DNA of 64,000 nt from Magallana gigas (taxonomy: Eukaryota), in assembly GCF_963853765.1 (NCBI RefSeq), contig NC_088853.1:21948001-22012000 (forward strand). The letters are read 5' to 3'. The translations under genes and the position numbers were made by a program. Under the pieces are notes generated by a model, which saw only the letters and a list, made by a program, of their open reading frames with translations, had not been told where the DNA came from and did no database searches. Shown here piece by piece: positions 24,491 to 36,100 of the stretch. How positions within the stretch are numbered: the first letter of the stretch is position 1; every line of letters starts with the position of its first letter.

Positions 24491-24860
24491 AGAGTAAACC
24501 CCAACTTAACCCCGGGTTTACTTTCTGGGTTTACTTTGGGTTTACTTTTTGAAAATTTGGGTCCACTTGGAGTTTACTTTGGGTTTACTCGGGGTTTACT
24601 TTGGGTTTACTCGAAAATTGCTTTTGGAGTCAACTATACGCACTGAAGTGTAAAACAGACCTGTATTTTATCTTATCATCCTATTTTCTTTATTATGTGG
24701 GATTTTTTGTCCTTTATGGGAGAATTAATCCCATCTTTTAACAATGATGGGATTTTTTCTCCCACATGGGACAATTTATCCCACAGTACTTTTTCTCCCA
24801 TGGGATTTTGGTGGGGTTTGAGATGGGATGAAAAATCTCACCAAAATCCCATAGGATTTT
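24491..24860. repeat. Short-motif arrays: GGGTTTACT(T/C) tandem (24491-24612) and TGGGAT/ATCCCA cluster (~24697-24860)
   Basis: About 7 GGGTTTACT-type units preceded by inverted AGTAAACCC; both-orientation GGGAT motifs follow. Confidence 0.7.
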
Positions 24861-25086
24861 GATATTTGAGAGACAATTATAAGAAAACTAGAGCAATGTG
24901 TACATTCATGCTGACATGATAGGATCAAAGTAAAATGTCCAACCAAGATATATAAACAAAAGTAAGCTATGTCCAACGTAAATGGTAGCTAAAAGCCCGG
25001 ACTTTGTCATGTCCGGACTTAAATGTCGCACTGTTTAAAGCAATTTCAAAAAAAAATGTTCCCGTAAATTTAAAGATGTAAATAAC

Positions 25087-26589
25087 TCATTTCAAATGCT
25101 TTGCGAAAATTTCAGGCAGTTGATCTTCTTTATAGTTGTATACAAAGAATTTTTCTCCAACAGCTCCTGCGACAATCGGTGATAACCCTGCATAACAAAA
25201 CCGCTCGATAGTAAAAAAAAAATTATAAAGTAATTGAAAGAATATATTATATACGATATTATTCAAATTTGGCCCCCAAAATTCGCTATTTTTAAAATGA
25301 TTCGGGTACATTAATTTGTTTTGTTATTTTATAAAAGAGTTGACATGAAATATGTTTTTCACCTTTTTATTTGATTTATCTGCACTCTCTTGCAGTATAT
25401 GACGTCAGAAGTGAAGTATTTTTATAATTTAATCAAAATCAATCAAAAATTGACATTTGTTCTTGTCTTTTTTTCGAATGGGAAATATAGAGCGACTCTT
25501 TGAACAAGAACGAACTTTTTGTCACATAAGTATTGGAGAGATACATCTTTGGTGAAAATATTTTGTTTGTTCAAGCAGTCGCTCAATGTTTTCTTACAGA
25601 AAAACTGCCTCAAAACAAGCCTTTTTTTGCTAAAAATGAGAAAATGGCGGGAAAAGGTAAACTTTATGATATCATATTTTCAATTGTGGGCACTAAAATC
25701 AAAATCAAAATTATGAAATAACTTCAAATGTATATTTGTACAAATAAAACAAAGAATTACAGTAACATGACAATGTACATTTTAGGGGTTGAGAGCAACC
25801 GCTCTTCCAATCTCGTATCCCACTCTTAAAGACTTCTGTGTTACTTCAGCAACAATGACTACCATGGAAAGAGAAAGAGAGGCAGTGCTTTGTGATTTTA
25901 TATAATTTGTAATGCAATGACATTTTGTCAAATAGAAATACATCGATAAATACAAAATTTATCATTAAATTAAACCGTTGTAATTATCTTATACTAGTAT
26001 TTCAAATTTATGATAAAATGTCCCTAATTGTTTAGCGTGGCTAGCATATATGCAAATATTTGTGGTTATTTAGGGGGGTTATTTAACTCGATCAATATAT
26101 ATCACTTTATAAAACTGCCTCTCGTTATTGCTTTGCATCAAAAATATGATTCAAATATTGTTATTCATATGACTTATTGAAAAATAGAACTTTAGCAAGC
26201 CCAGAGTTAAAGAACCTTTAGAAGAATGGTCTCTCATTAATTAAGTTTAATTTTCTCTTTTACAAATATTACCGTCACATTCATAAAGCCAGTCCATGTC
26301 CCTATCATGTATGAAAACGTCAGTTAATCCCGCGTTGTCTTCATCTGCGAAAGTAAAAAAGAATCAAACCGCATTTGCCATATTTTATCCATATCGATTG
26401 TATACACTCAATAAATGTAAAAAATATCCAAAATTTTATTTTACCGGCTTCAACTGTTGGGTTTGCCACATGTTCCGTCAAAACGTTGCCGTATGTCTTT
26501 AACTTTTCAACAATTCGTTGATATAAATCAGCATACTTTCTCCCTCCAGTGATTCTCCCGGCGAAGTAGATTGTATGTCTTTCAGTCAT
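25087..26589 (-). pseudogene. DNPH1: 2'-deoxynucleoside 5'-phosphate N-hydrolase (DNPH1/Rcl)-like gene, 4 coding exons, exon 3 truncated by a stop
   Basis: Ex1 26589-26445 MTERHTIYFAGRITGGRKYADLYQRIVEKLKTYGNVLTEHVA; ex2 26344-26273 DEDNAGLTDVFIHDRDMDWLYECD; ex3 from 25858 VIVAEVTQKSLRVGYEIGRAVALNP* (TAA 25784-25782); ex4 25187-25087 LSPIVAGAVGEKFFVYNYKEDQLPEIFAKHLK*. All identifiable junctions are phase 1 with GT/AG sites; the exon-3 donor is missing. Confidence 0.88.
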
Positions 26590-28714
26590 GGTTGTCACTG
26601 TTACTGTCCTGCTGTAAGAAATTAATTTTAATTAACGTTTCTTGATACATGTACAGTGTACCTTCTTTTTTATATTCAAATCTTTCATTTATAAAGGGTG
26701 CAATTGAAATAATCACCGGGTCTCATTCGACATATTAATATGATATACCAATAATCATTTGTATTCAAGTTCTTACTATGTTGTTAGTTCTACTTTAATA
26801 TATAAAAAAAGACCTTTTTTATTTTTTGATGATCTTTTTTTTTTAACAATTGGCATTGCAATCCTTGACAATTAGTACGAATTTGCACGTATTACGTATA
26901 AATAATAATTTTCTAGTTAATCAACTTACAGTCAATGGCTTTCTTACTTGTAGGATGAAAATCTTCTTCACTAAAACACAAGTATATCTTAATCCCAAAG
27001 TTCATGAAACTTTCAAAATTGAGAGCCAAGAGCATGTAAAACCCAAGTAATGAAAATTTTTCTAACATGTTCAACTGAGTTCAAGGTGGTTTTCATGAAA
27101 AACAAATGAATCCGATTCCTTGATGGTTACCTTAGGATAACTTTGTATCGGTCATTGTTCGAAGATAGACATAATTACATTGGTTCGTGTACACAGCATT
27201 GTTAAAATGCAGCACGTCTTAAACAGTTGAAAGCTACCGACATCGATCGTTCTGGATGACTGCACACATTTTTTACCTTTCCTGTGGACTCATAATACAC
27301 CTTCTTTTTGTCTCATCGGTTACCATCGAGGTTTTTTTCCCTCAAGTCCTTCACTTTTAAAGGTGAATCAAACATAATTACTTATTAGCTCGCTTGAATT
27401 CATTTGGTTGACAAGTAGAAAACTCAGGTAACTTGGTTGGTCTACTCTTTTAACCATAAAATTCTGAACAGGATTTACATTTCCTCTAAATTTCTTTCAA
27501 AACTGTCCTATTATCATGGCATTCGGAAAACACTTTTCACTTAATCAGCAAATATTTATAAAATCCTACAACAATCTCAATGCTACTAAACATCAACCGA
27601 AAACATATTTATCCGCGTTAATCCAACCTCTGAGTTTGACATGATACGACAATGCAGTCTATGCTTTTAAAAAAAAAAGCAGATATATAGACAATTTAAT
27701 CAATTTTAATGAAGGTCTGTCGAATAATATTCACATTACTACATTCATTACTTACTACTTACGGGAACCAGTTGATGGTTTTGTTAGTAGCTGTATAGAC
27801 GACACCATATCTCTTTTTTAGCAATGTGTGAAAACATACTCAGTACATTTAAATATGGTAAAAAAAACTGTTGCTTAAAGATTGTTTATTTGACCTTATG
27901 TAATGAATTATTCATTATGTAGATTATAACGTCTACTTAAGACATAATTTAAAAATATATCAAGAAATTGACTTTTTAGGAGCTAAATTATGCATCATAA
28001 CATTGTAAATACAGACATCAGTCAAGGTGAGGGAATCGTTTCTGGGGCAGGAAAATGTTTTTTTCCGAAAGATACATGGATGAAAATAATTCCATTTCCC
28101 CGTGGTAGACACGAACACGGAACTCTACAGAACAGTGCCCCTGTAGAATTATGATCGTGTAAAATAATGACCTGTAGAATAGTGAACCGTATACTTTTAA
28201 ACCTTAGAATAATGACCAGAGATTCGATACAAATTCACATCATAAACATTGAAATACCTCCCACCGAAAAAAGACCCCTCTTGCGTGTTTTTTTTTTCGT
28301 TGAGTATCTTTTTTGGAGCCTGATCTCTATTGCTCCGATATGAAAGTGGACAGGAATCATATTGAACTCTTTTAACAAACCTTATATATAATTTTCGTTA
28401 GATATTATAAACTTTTAAAAAAAAGATTTAGATATGACATTTTAATAATCATGACATTATAAACTATTACCAGGTATTCAATTATAACACTAAAGTAATA
28501 TTTTCGTGATATCAGTCTATGCCGTTACCATTTTATAGACTAGATCTTGTAGTACACTATTTAATCAAATCATTAAAGCTATACACGCTATAATTTACGT
28601 CAATTTTGAATGACAGTGAAAACGCATGTGTTTGTCTACTTATAAAAGTTATCCTTAATCTGTAAATTACAATGGTGAATTCCATCTCGTTACAAAGATA
28701 TAGATTTTTAATTG

Positions 28715-29231
28715 TTTATTTTCCTGCCAGGAAAATATACCTTTTCATGAATACTGATGAAGGAAGAGCGAAACCGACCTCATTGCGCATGTCCGCGGAG
28801 AACTAGGTGGTCGTTATTGTTTGCCTAATTAAATATCCAACTTGATTTTTAATATGCTTAACAGTAGTTAATTTGAAATACATACATGTATAATGAGTAA
28901 AATACGTTTTGTCATTCACGATACCCCTACTTCTGCATTAACACTTATAGGATCTATAAATAGCACATAGGGGAAAAACACAGGTCTACGTCATTTTTTT
29001 AAAGGAAGTATTCATATCTACTCACAGGCTTGTATTTTTTCTTTTGTTTGTACTCGTATATCGGATAAATTTATGCTTTACTGAAAATATCCTTTCCTTT
29101 GTGATACTATCACAATTATGAAGATGTTCACCCTTCACCAGTTGTGGTATGATAGACTAAATTTAGCTGTCGATATCACGTGATAGATTGATATTCACAA
29201 GGAGGCATTACTTTCCTGGCAGGAAAATAAA
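28715..29231. mobile_element. 517-bp unclassified MITE with perfect 20-bp TIRs
   Basis: TTTATTTTCCTGCCAGGAAA (28715-28734) and TTTCCTGGCAGGAAAATAAA (29212-29231) are exact reverse complements; no ORF inside. Confidence 0.75.
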
Positions 29232-30725
29232 TATTTTTTATTGTTTAATATTTGATATATTTGTTACGTGATCGAATTGAGCATTATAATTAACAGCATT
29301 AAGGTAACTTTTATTAGTAATCAAACACATACATTTTCCCCTTTATTCAAAATTGACGCAGATTATAGCGTGTATAGCTTTAAATATTCAATGATTAACG
29401 ATATGATACCATATGTTATTATATTATGCATATACATTGAATATGTCATCAATTTAATTAATATGGTATTACACATATCATGATAAATTATAGGCCTATA
29501 TCACAGTTTAAGAGGCGTGGGTGGTCAAAAAATTAACCACCCGATCTACTTACCCTTTCTTACAAATAAAGATTAAGCCTATAAATTTGTATTTGGTAAA
29601 AAATATGTTAATTAATATTATCTTTAAAATTCTAATATTTTCTAATATATCTATATAGAGACTTTCTTCTTAAGGAGATCTAAAAATGGTATCAAATTGT
29701 TCCGGTCATCGATGCTTATCAAATATTGATTTTTAAATCTCTCTACTTACAGTTGGTGCCTGGTTGATTGTAGAATAAGCATTAATCAACTAGGCATCAA
29801 ATAAACATTTATAAGTGTATGGCACATGTTTCTTGAAGAATTGCCAAAAAACTCCACGTGAGAATCGTGTGTTGGGAGTTATACAGCCATAACCAAGTAA
29901 ATACAAGGATTATTTTTTTACCAGATGCATCAGGTTTTATGCTGTTAACCTCTTAAGGATATATACATACCTGCTGTTTTATAGCAACAACGACAAAATG
30001 TGATTACATTTAATTGCAGGGTAATTTTTTTCTTAAAAAACATACACCTTCCATATTACATTTGCGTTTCTTACATCTGTGTTCACTTACATTCATGATC
30101 TGAATAAAGTATCATATTATGTTTAACACAGGTGGTTAGACCATAAGGCAAAGTAAAGAACATAAACATGTTGTCATACCTGCATGCATACTAACAATAA
30201 TCCTTTTTTGCTAGATATATCTTAAATAGGATTACTTGTCCTGTAACAAGAACAGTTTTCCAATGACTTTGTCAGCAAATATTTGCATTAACCTGTGAAC
30301 ATGGTCCAACGCTAATTTACATGTACAGACGCCCATGTATGAATTTAACACACAGGGGATAAAAGTGCACGTCAAACAAGATCTGTTTTTACTTTTGCAT
30401 TGTGTTTTTTTTTTGGTGTGTTCTGTATAATCAATAAAGGATACTTCTGACTATAAAGGCATTGAACAATGTTTGTTGCTTTTTTAAAACAAATTGTCTT
30501 TGGGTTAATCAATTTAAACAGGGTCTCCTTTATAACTAAAACAGCATACTTCGATTATTCCCAGTAAAACGTCGATTAAATTGGGGTTTTTTTTAAAATT
30601 CAAATAGAGTAGTTTTGAAGTAATATTTGAAAATCGACACCGTTTTAGCTTAACAAAAACAAAAACCTCCAGAAAGCTTTATAATCAGCTTTTGTGTTAC
30701 AAAAGTGATAAACAAGTATCCTTAC

Positions 30726-30915
30726 GCTTTTAGAAGGTTTCAAATTAATACAATTTTTCCAAAGAATTCAGCTTGACAAGCTCGACCACAGTTTGTTTCT
30801 GGTTAACAAACTTTTCACATTTTTCTGCTGCAGTTGGATACGATTCTGGCAACCAAATTAGTTTAAAGCAATATTTACTGCCTCCATATTTTGCTTCTGT
30901 AAATTCGTTGGGACA
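30726..30915 (-). pseudogene. Probable decayed C-type lectin domain (N-terminal half)
   Basis: CPNEFTEAKYGGSKYCFKLIWLPESYPTAAEKCEKFVNQKQTVVELVKLNSLEKLY*FETF*K followed by a gtaagg donor. The C-P..C-F/Y..A...C..LV.L.S.E spacing fits the CTLD start; two in-frame TAA and an upstream TGA. Confidence 0.45.
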
Positions 30916-33116
30916 TCATGTTTTATGTTACAACGTTTAATGACAGATCTTTTTACTTTGCAGAACAATTGGTGTTGTGTCCAATTCTGGGGACTTTGCA
31001 TGAGCATTCCAGTGTGCCCCCAATACTCCAATGAATCCCCAGATAACGTGTCAAGTCTGGTGAAGATAGTACTTCATTCCAACTTACTTGTCTGTGATCA
31101 TAATTTTTTTTACCAAATCCTGGGGACCATGAAACTTGGAACAGATCACTTACTTATCTCTTTTCAATGATATATTCCTTACATAATGTTGAAACTAAGA
31201 GATCATCTACGTTTTATTGCCCTTGGATCAGGGTATAAGAAATGTTAGTTCTGTGAACAAGCACCTGCCAAAGTTATTGTGGGGTAGAAATGTGAAACAG
31301 GTTAGGAGCATGGTGAACCAACTTTAGTGGCGTTTATACTGTGATGAACTACTGGGTAGTCTCATTTTGTGAACTGAATTCTTACTCAAGTTATGTGTTC
31401 TTATTATAAGCATAATTTTATATTGAAAAATTATCCAATTTGATTATGTTTAATAGGTATGTTCGAATGTAATGAGTGACTCAAAGAGGAATTTATATCT
31501 CACTAGAATTTTTTTTATTTTACTTATTGAAGTATTTTGCTAATGTTTCATTAGGTGACCTTTAATATCTTCTTTGAAAACAATACTCTGTAATTCATGC
31601 ACTTGGACGAAAACCCTTTTTACTTTTCTTGCACCACAAGTATCAAGACCTGCGCACAAAAATATAAAGTTCAAGTAAATACAAAGATTTTATGGTAGGG
31701 CTTTGATTTGTGCTCAAGTTTTGCCAATATAGTTAAGCACTACCCTTGCCAAAGCCTGGTTATAGTACTTTCTACTAGTGTACATAATATCACATTTACA
31801 GAGCCTGTGACTTATATTTTTTTTGGTACTCTTTTAATTCATACATTCCTTATTTCCACTTATTGCATTTTATTTTAAATACATTCCATTTTTCCAGAAG
31901 CTGGCGCATATTATGGATTCCATTTTGTTCTTAATTATTTTTGTTTAATAAATAATTTTGTTGAATTGCAGACCACTCTCCATGCATTTAATGTACGGTC
32001 TGGTGTGTCTTTGTATATGCGTGTAGTTGTGTGTGTGGAGTGTGTATGTGTGCAGTTAAGTGTGTGGAGTGTGTATATGTGTGTATATGTGTGTGGAGTG
32101 TGTACATATTCTCCACTTTAGTTTCAAGGATTATGTCATGCAAGTTCAATGAAAAAGTTATTTTGGAAGATTGTCTTTCCTTCTTTACATGTAGGAATCA
32201 AGAGATGAATTATAGTGAACAAAGGAAGAGTTAAAGGTATACACGTATATACAGCGTATACACAACAATCTTAGGATCTTTAGCCTTATATAAAATGTAT
32301 TTGTTTGAATTTATTGTATAATGAATTTATAGAAGAGGGTCAATGTTTGTGGTTTAGTTTTTCTTTATATCATATTCATGGTTTTATTGTCGATAAAAAT
32401 ATTGAGAATGGTAGTACATGTAACTTACATAATTGATTTTATGTTTATGGTGTTCATGCTATTTTATAAAAAAAATTGTTAACTATACATTTTATTTAAT
32501 TGACTCGTGGAAATGATTTTGTTTAGTTATTTTAAGTTGACTGGTAACTAAATTGTATTAAAAAAGAATAAAATGGGTTCTTTCTTTTTTTTTCTTTAAA
32601 GAGAGCTGGATGGCCATGATCGTGGTCATTTAAGACCAAATAAATCTCCTTATGCTAAAGAGCTCTTTAAAATTTTAGATGAAAAATTGATGGCTTTTTC
32701 TTTACTGAATATAGATTTACGGTTAAGGTAGATCTTGTGACTAATTTTGATGACCACTCAGTCTACTTAAACACAATATGAACTCCTTTTAAAAACAGAC
32801 TTATGACTTGCAATTTTGTTTCAATTGCATAATCATCATTACAAGTCCATTTTATTCAACATTTACTATCAAAATTATTACAAGCATTTCTTGTTGTTCA
32901 TTACATTTTACGAACAGAAGATGTTTTTATAATTTTACAAGCAGAAGTACCCCCTTTTCGTCAACCAGCAATTTTACAAATAAAATTTTGCATAGATTTT
33001 TTTTTTATAATTAGATGTTTTACATTGTTAAAGCACCGTACTTTTCAAAAGAACTCTTTCTGCATGTTTTTTGTATGTTTCAAATGAAACGTTTTTGTGT
33101 ACCTTGGCAAAATCTT

Positions 33117-36100
33117 TTAGCTTCGTGACTCCAACAACAGTTTGACGCCGTTTTCTGGCTTCAGAAGGTTTGCTTTGGAAAGCTTCAAAGGAATCTGAAA
33201 AACCCCAAAGCATTTGTAAGGTAAGGTAATAAATATGTCATGCATTTTTGTAACTTGGGCGTTGATTGCATTCCACACAATGTAAACAGACTTAACGTTT
33301 GTTAAGTTATAAACGAGTTGTAACAGAGCTTGAAATTCTTCGCAATATAAACAAAGCGTCTGTTTACATTTTGAACGTTGAAGTAAAAATTTCAGTTTTA
33401 AACCTAAAACAAATGTTTTAAACATAAGGAACTGTTTATCTATGCTTAAAATATATAAAAAAGATAGACAAATAAGCTGGAAGAAGATTTTTACTGGTAT
33501 ATTGAACCTATATAAACAAAAAACAGGACACGAGCCTTGTTTACCTTGGCACCGACAATTAGATTTCGGTTGCCTATTAAAAATGCCTTTCTGAAGCATT
33601 GTAAATATTAAAATCGGAAATATAATTTTTAAACAAAATTGTGACCATGCCCCTTTAAAAGACTATAAACATTCACATACGAAACAATTGAACATACAAA
33701 TCTAGAAGAAAAACAACCAAACCTATAAATCCGGTGCATTTATCGAACAAATCTAAGTTTTATTAACATTTAGAGCACAACTGACTTTTTCATCCAATCA
33801 GCAGTCGCTTGATATCCTATGAAGTGATGTTTTTAATCAATAAGAATTTCTTTAAGTTCCAGCAAAGTCACATTTTGATTGACAGCTAAGTGAGCCGTAG
33901 ATAAAAAAAGATATACTATCTAATTGACACCGACATTTTGATCAGGCAATGAAAAAGTGGGTCATGTTCTTTTTTTTTTTTTACATCATATTAAGTAAAA
34001 TTTACGCTTCGCTCCCTCTTAATCGCGTAAATTTTACAAATATGATCGAATTATTACATAAACGTACGACAGCCGAGAAGGTAAGACTCATAATAAGTTG
34101 TTTACTGAGGAAAAGGAAAAAAAAAATTATTTAATAATAATTCCGTATGATGTGATAATATCTCAATGATTTGTTTATAATCATAGTACTAGTGTATGAC
34201 TGTATGCATACATAAAAAACGATAAGTAATGCTTATATTTATTGGTGAAACCGGACTGATTATTTATATTTAGATTATTTAGATATATGTACTAATCTTC
34301 ATGCGCGGATGTAGAAAGGACGGGGTCAGGGGATTTTGACCCCCTCCTCGGGAAAATTGGAGCGTATTAAATTTACATAGTAAAATTATTTAAAATTGGT
34401 CTAGGACCCCCCTACAGAAAAAAATTAGCTACGCTTATGAAGTTCTCTACCATAACCGCATTCTTACACAAAAGGGGTGAATAAACCCGGGGTTTAAACT
34501 ATTACTGATGGTGAAATACCCCAGGGTTCAAACGCATCAGGTGAAAATGCACCAGGGCAAACAAAATCACTAAGATCCGCAAAGCACACTGCCTTATTTC
34601 TAGTCTACTTAGATATTCTGTGTAAAATTAAATGCAAATAATTATTTAGTTAGGCAGGGAGAAGTGAACACGGCATTTATTTGTATATAAGAGCATGTAC
34701 GGATGATCTTTATTTAGAACAAGTTGATGTCGCTAGGATACATATTTTCAGATCCTTGATTTGATTGGTTAATTTGGATATTGAATCTCGAATTTCGAAT
34801 CTTGAATCTCGTATATCGAATCTCGTATTTTGAATCTCGAATCTCGAGTGATCCTTCTCGGCTTTCGTATAAACGCCCTCTCGCGTGTCGAGTGTTAATC
34901 CAATCATCAAGGGTCTAGCTTCTTACTCACTTCTGTCTCTTCACACGTTTTGAATCTGTAGTGTTGTAGAATGGAGACAATCGCTAACCGCATCTCGACC
35001 TGAGCAAGGCGCATGCCTATACAGCTACGGGGACCATGTCCAAAGGGTAAATAAGCGTATGGGTGCCGCTTAGCCTTGTTTTCCGTAGTAAATCTTTTAA
35101 TTAAATCATAATTGACTGACCGTAGACATGTTTATTGATCAAAAAAGTACATGCATATAATAAATACTCATTACGGATAAAATATATTTTGATAAGTTAA
35201 AGATATACAACATGACAAATTTTAATTTTTGATGATCTTAATTTTAAAAAGGACAATATACACAGAAAACTACACATGTAATTAAACAAATACATTATAA
35301 GATTGATTTGTGTTTTTGATAATCAGTTTAGGAATTCAAAATTGACTGATTTTAAAGTGTATATCTGTTTGACAATCCATTTTACATAATTAAATCATTT
35401 TTTATTTATTTTTAAGAGCTCAAAAAAGTATTTGAGTTTTGACAAATATATTACTTTATCATAGAAATGACATGTAGCGAGATTTATTTATTATTTGTTA
35501 GTACTTTTTAGCATAATTTCACCACGTAGTGTGATATTTTTTTATCATATCCTAAAAACCATTTCTGATTTAATTAATATTTTGATACGAAATAAAAATA
35601 TTTAACATGTTCAACATAGGTAACAAATTATTGATTTCATGTTTATATTGTATATCATTGTACATGTACCATGGGGTGCTAATCCAAATTTGTGAATCAC
35701 ATGTAGGTTTTCTGTCATTTAGCTAGAACATATGCCGTATGAAATGGTACCTTTCAGGATCAAATCTGGTCGGATTTGCCCAGAACCGGTGGTCCATGTG
35801 GATACTGTAGATTGGAAACGAAATGTCCGTAGCTTTGGGAACTGTGTATCCTTCAATCACTATATCCCTCTCTGCAAGTCTATGAGTCCTGCAAATGTCA
35901 GTATAGTTTATGCAGTTCTTGTGCTGTTAGAATGTTAAGAGTAATATAGTTAATGTAAATATTATAAATATAGGTGATTGAAATTGATCTGTTATATGTA
36001 GCTTCAGATCTGTAGCTCACTGGTCTGTAAAAATGGATGAACAAATAGATCTACAGTGCCTTCCATTGCAAAATGTATATGTTTTATTGCACATCAAAAA

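Noticed and set aside
33300-33658. Apparent internal inversion in a MITE copy
   Set aside because: The family has long imperfect inverted arms, so a simply reverse-oriented partial copy explains the pattern.
34299-34440. Possible catgcgcggat-ended MITE
   Set aside because: The right terminus is too degenerate to show a TIR or TSD.
34710-34910. ORF with RFEIRDS repeats
   Set aside because: Translation of a 7-bp tandem repeat inside a CYP intron.
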